This document shows positions 45,930-48,767 of a DNA stretch of 48,767 nt, piece by piece. Position numbers and translations under genes: made by a program. Positions within the stretch are counted from its first letter, which is position 1. Each line of letters starts with the position of its first letter. Source of the DNA: a virus (lineage: Duplodnaviria > Caudoviricetes); the IMG/VR virus record IMGVR_UViG_3300044259_000044, positions 1 through 48,767 of that record. One strand, given 5' to 3'. A model generated the notes under the pieces. The model saw only the letters and a list, made by a program, of their open reading frames with translations, searched no databases and had not been told where the DNA came from.

Positions 45930-48422
45930 ATGCAATCCGACATTACGTTCACACAGATCACGGCAAAGAACTGCGATCTGACCAAGACCTTCACGCGCAA
46001 CGCAAACGGGCAGATCGAAAGCACGGCGATTGCTCACATGACCGAAGGGTCCGCGCGGGTTTGCTCTATCCCGAACATCAGTGAACTAGGTGCAGCGCTC
46101 GACATGCTGCAGCCCAACCAGGCGATCACCTGCGGCATTCCGACCAAAGGCGACACGCCGCTGACCACGCGTGCAGGCGTAGACTTCCGGCCCGACGCCG
46201 TGGCCCGCACAAACGAATCGTTCATGTTTCCCTACGGCCCGGCGCTGTACCCGATCGACGTGGACGTGGACGGCGACGACTTCCGCAGCGTGGACGACGT
46301 GCTGGACGCCCTGGAAGCGTGCTCGCCGTGGCTGCGCCAGGTCGTGCGTGTGGCGCGCCCTTCGTCGTCGTCCTACGTGGCCGACCGTGGCCTGCGCGGC
46401 GTGCATGTGTTTGTGTCTGTCACGCGCGGCGTCGACATCCCTGCGCTGGCCAAACGCATGCAGGTTGAGCAATGGGCGGCCGGGCGCGGGTACATCCGCA
46501 TCAGCAAGTCCGGCGCACTGCTGGTGCGCCAGCTGTCCGACGCCATGGTGTACCAGCCGTCGCGCCTGATGTTCGAAGCCAAACCCGTCATGCAGGGCGA
46601 CTTGGTGCGCGCCATCCCCGAAGAGGCCCGATTCATCGAACGTGCGCCGCAGGTCGTCGGCGCGCCGGCCAAGTTCCGCACCGCCGAAGGGCTGCTGGAC
46701 GTGCAGGCGCTGCCCGCCATGCGTGAACTGGACGAACGGCGGTTCACGACGGCCGTGCGCAATGCCAAGAACGCACGCCGCCGCGAAGCCAAGACGGTGG
46801 CCATCGACTACCAGCGCCAGAACGCCATTGCGTCGGGGCTGGATCCGGAAGTCGGCGAGCGCTTGGGTTTGATGGCGACCCGTGCCTTGGGCGACAAGGC
46901 GCTGCCGCGCAGCTGGACGCTGCAAGTCGTCGGCGTCGAGAAGCCCGTGACGGTCGGTGAGGTGCTAGCCCACCTGGACGAAGCGCTGGGCCGGCACTGC
47001 GCCGATCCGTTCGACACCTATCGCCCGGACCTGTCGGACAAGCACATGCACAAGGCCGAGATTGTCCGCATGGGCGACAAGGTTGGCATCTGGTCGCACA
47101 AGATGCAGGAGTTCTTCGCCTTCACCGACGCTGACGCCGCCGACCTGACCAGTCCCCTCGACCTGGCCGCAGAAAAGCTGTGTGGGCTGGTCGAGTATCC
47201 GGAACCGGCCGGCAAGAAAGCCGCGCCGTTCGTGAACGTCATGCACGGCACCGAACTTCTGCTGCGCGAAATCGACTGCTTGCCCACCTTCAACGTCTGC
47301 ACGTCGTCCGTGCAAGCCGAGGACGTACCGCCGACCGGTCGGCTGATCGAGGCACTGTCGCGCATCGGCTGCGCGAACGTCACGCCTTCGACCGTTGAAA
47401 AGGCCGTCACCGCCCTGGCCGAAATGCGCCGCGTTGATCCGTGGAAGGATGCCATCCTTCGCTTACCCGTCTGGGACGGCCAGAAACGGCTCCAGAGCGT
47501 TTTTCAGGACGTGTTTGATGCGGAACCCTCACCCATCCTCGAAAACGTCTCCTGCGCGTTTTTTGCGGGTTTGGTGATGCGTCAACTGAAACCCGGTATT
47601 TCCGCGCCGGTCATCCCGGTGTTGATCGGGCGGCAACATACCAGCAAAAGCCGATTTGCCATCGAGATCGCGCGCGGACTGGGCGTGCCGTTGCCGTCCT
47701 CGATCGCCTTCGATGACGACCGCAAAATGTCCATGAAGGCGGCCAGGTCGATGATCTGCGAACTAGCCGAAATGTCCGGCCTGTCCAAACGCGACGCCGA
47801 CGACATCAAGCGCTGGGTGACCGACGACAACGACGTCTACCGCAAACCCTACGAAAAGGAAGAAACCGAGCATCCGCGCCGTTTCATGCCCATCGGCACG
47901 GCCAACAAGTTCGAACTGTACCGCGACGAGACCGGCGGCCGCCGCTTCGGCCCGGTCTTCGTGCGCAAGGCCATGGACCCGAACTGGATGACCGAACTGC
48001 CGCAGATCCTGGCCGAAGCCAAGAAGCGTTTTTGCGAGAATGAGTCCGACTATTTCGCGCTGGTCACCCGCACCGCCGACGAAGTGTTGGAGTACAGCAA
48101 GACCGCGATGGCCAACGGGGAAGGGATGCCAGTTTCGGACTTGGACGACCTGCTGCCCAACATCCTGACCAATGCGCTCGCACGTGAAGGCAAAGGGCGC
48201 GTGCAGGCATCCACCATCCGCATCGGCCTGGATCAGCTGGTCAGCGGCCGGCGCTTCGCCGCGCAGGACATCGCGCGCTGGCTGACCGCACGCGGCTGGA
48301 CCGCTGGCAAGGACGGGCGCGGCATGCGTTACTACGAAGCGCCGCAAAGTTTCCTTGACATTTCGGATAATGTCGTTACACTTCCGATTGACAACCCATT
48401 TACGAAAGGAGCAGTAGCATGA
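45930..48422 (+). CDS. Primase-helicase with VapE/VirE-type P-loop domain
   Basis: IDVD and HVF N-terminal primase-like motifs; WDG..RL, LIGRQHTSKS, ELAEM, YRKPY, DETGGRRF. Confidence 0.88.
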   Translation: MQSDITFTQITAKNCDLTKTFTRNANGQIESTAIAHMTEGSARVCSIPNISELGAALDMLQPNQAITCGIPTKGDTPLTTRAGVDFRPDAVARTNESFMFPYGPALYPIDVDVDGDDFRSVDDVLDALEACSPWLRQVVRVARPSSSSYVADRGLRGVHVFVSVTRGVDIPALAKRMQVEQWAAGRGYIRISKSGALLVRQLSDAMVYQPSRLMFEAKPVMQGDLVRAIPEEARFIERAPQVVGAPAKFRTAEGLLDVQALPAMRELDERRFTTAVRNAKNARRREAKTVAIDYQRQNAIASGLDPEVGERLGLMATRALGDKALPRSWTLQVVGVEKPVTVGEVLAHLDEALGRHCADPFDTYRPDLSDKHMHKAEIVRMGDKVGIWSHKMQEFFAFTDADAADLTSPLDLAAEKLCGLVEYPEPAGKKAAPFVNVMHGTELLLREIDCLPTFNVCTSSVQAEDVPPTGRLIEALSRIGCANVTPSTVEKAVTALAEMRRVDPWKDAILRLPVWDGQKRLQSVFQDVFDAEPSPILENVSCAFFAGLVMRQLKPGISAPVIPVLIGRQHTSKSRFAIEIARGLGVPLPSSIAFDDDRKMSMKAARSMICELAEMSGLSKRDADDIKRWVTDDNDVYRKPYEKEETEHPRRFMPIGTANKFELYRDETGGRRFGPVFVRKAMDPNWMTELPQILAEAKKRFCENESDYFALVTRTADEVLEYSKTAMANGEGMPVSDLDDLLPNILTNALAREGKGRVQASTIRIGLDQLVSGRRFAAQDIARWLTARGWTAGKDGRGMRYYEAPQSFLDISDNVVTLPIDNPFTKGAVA

Positions 48423-48685
48423 AATTAACTGATTGGTATCCCGCACACGTTAAACCCGTTCGCGAAGGCGTGTATGAACGTGACGCCGCTGACAGCGACG
48501 GCCGCGCATTTGCTTATTGGGATGGCAATAGATGGTTTAGTTTGCACTGGGTAGGACTGTCTGATCCAAAAACAGCGGCACGGGCTATTGAGTGCGCACG
48601 CGCTGCAGTCACGCCGTCAAGCTGGCCCCGCACGGCGTGGCGCGGCCTGGCCGAAGACCCGAACAAGAAAGGAGCAGTAGCATGA
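48419..48685 (+). CDS. Hypothetical protein (TDWYP..VKPVREGVYER...WRGL family)
   Basis: AAGGAG SD; flanked by 19-bp direct repeats. Confidence 0.8.
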   Translation: MKLTDWYPAHVKPVREGVYERDAADSDGRAFAYWDGNRWFSLHWVGLSDPKTAARAIECARAAVTPSSWPRTAWRGLAEDPNKKGAVA

Positions 48686-48767
48686 GACATGTTTTAGTGC
48701 GCGGCGATGATGGCATATTCCGGCCCAGCGCGATCGCCTTTACCGACGAGGAAGCGGACCTGCGGGA

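Noticed and set aside
48642-48767. 126-bp end repeat as a biological terminal repeat
   Set aside because: It cuts through coding sequence and its length is typical of an assembler k-mer overlap.

Overview
The window is an essentially complete genome of a contractile-tailed (myovirus-type) dsDNA bacteriophage with GC-rich coding regions. Positions 19-144 recur at 48642-48767, giving a circular unit of about 48,623 bp. Gene content and layout resemble the Bcep781/Bcep1/OP2-like phages of Beta/Gammaproteobacteria; this is recognised from protein motifs, and no search was run. There are four main transcription blocks diverging from two AT-rich regions: replication/early genes (+, 45.9 kb wrapping to 10.9 kb), head/neck/sheath/tube (-, 25.2 to 10.9 kb), baseplate/tape measure/fibre/lysis (+, 25.8-41.6 kb, containing an inverted island of fibre-like genes), and recombination/regulation (-, 45.2 to 41.5 kb). 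No integrase or CRISPR array was seen. Main observations: (1) a promoter- and terminator-bounded ~80-nt RNA at 26536-26617 whose 5' end is complementary to a CACUCAC..AGGAG leader/RBS shared by at least five scattered accessory genes, a candidate multi-target phage sRNA; (2) a promoter-driven array of structured RNAs, including a degenerate tRNA, ahead of a Cys/His-rich ORF; (3) the two divergent control regions are one ~400-bp element duplicated 20,026 bp apart; (4) a two-subunit C5 DNA methyltransferase encoded in nested overlapping frames; (5) a beta-clamp-like gene split by a +1 frameshift, a pentapeptide-repeat moron, and genes bracketed by direct repeats of their RBS. All product calls come from motif recognition and synteny only.
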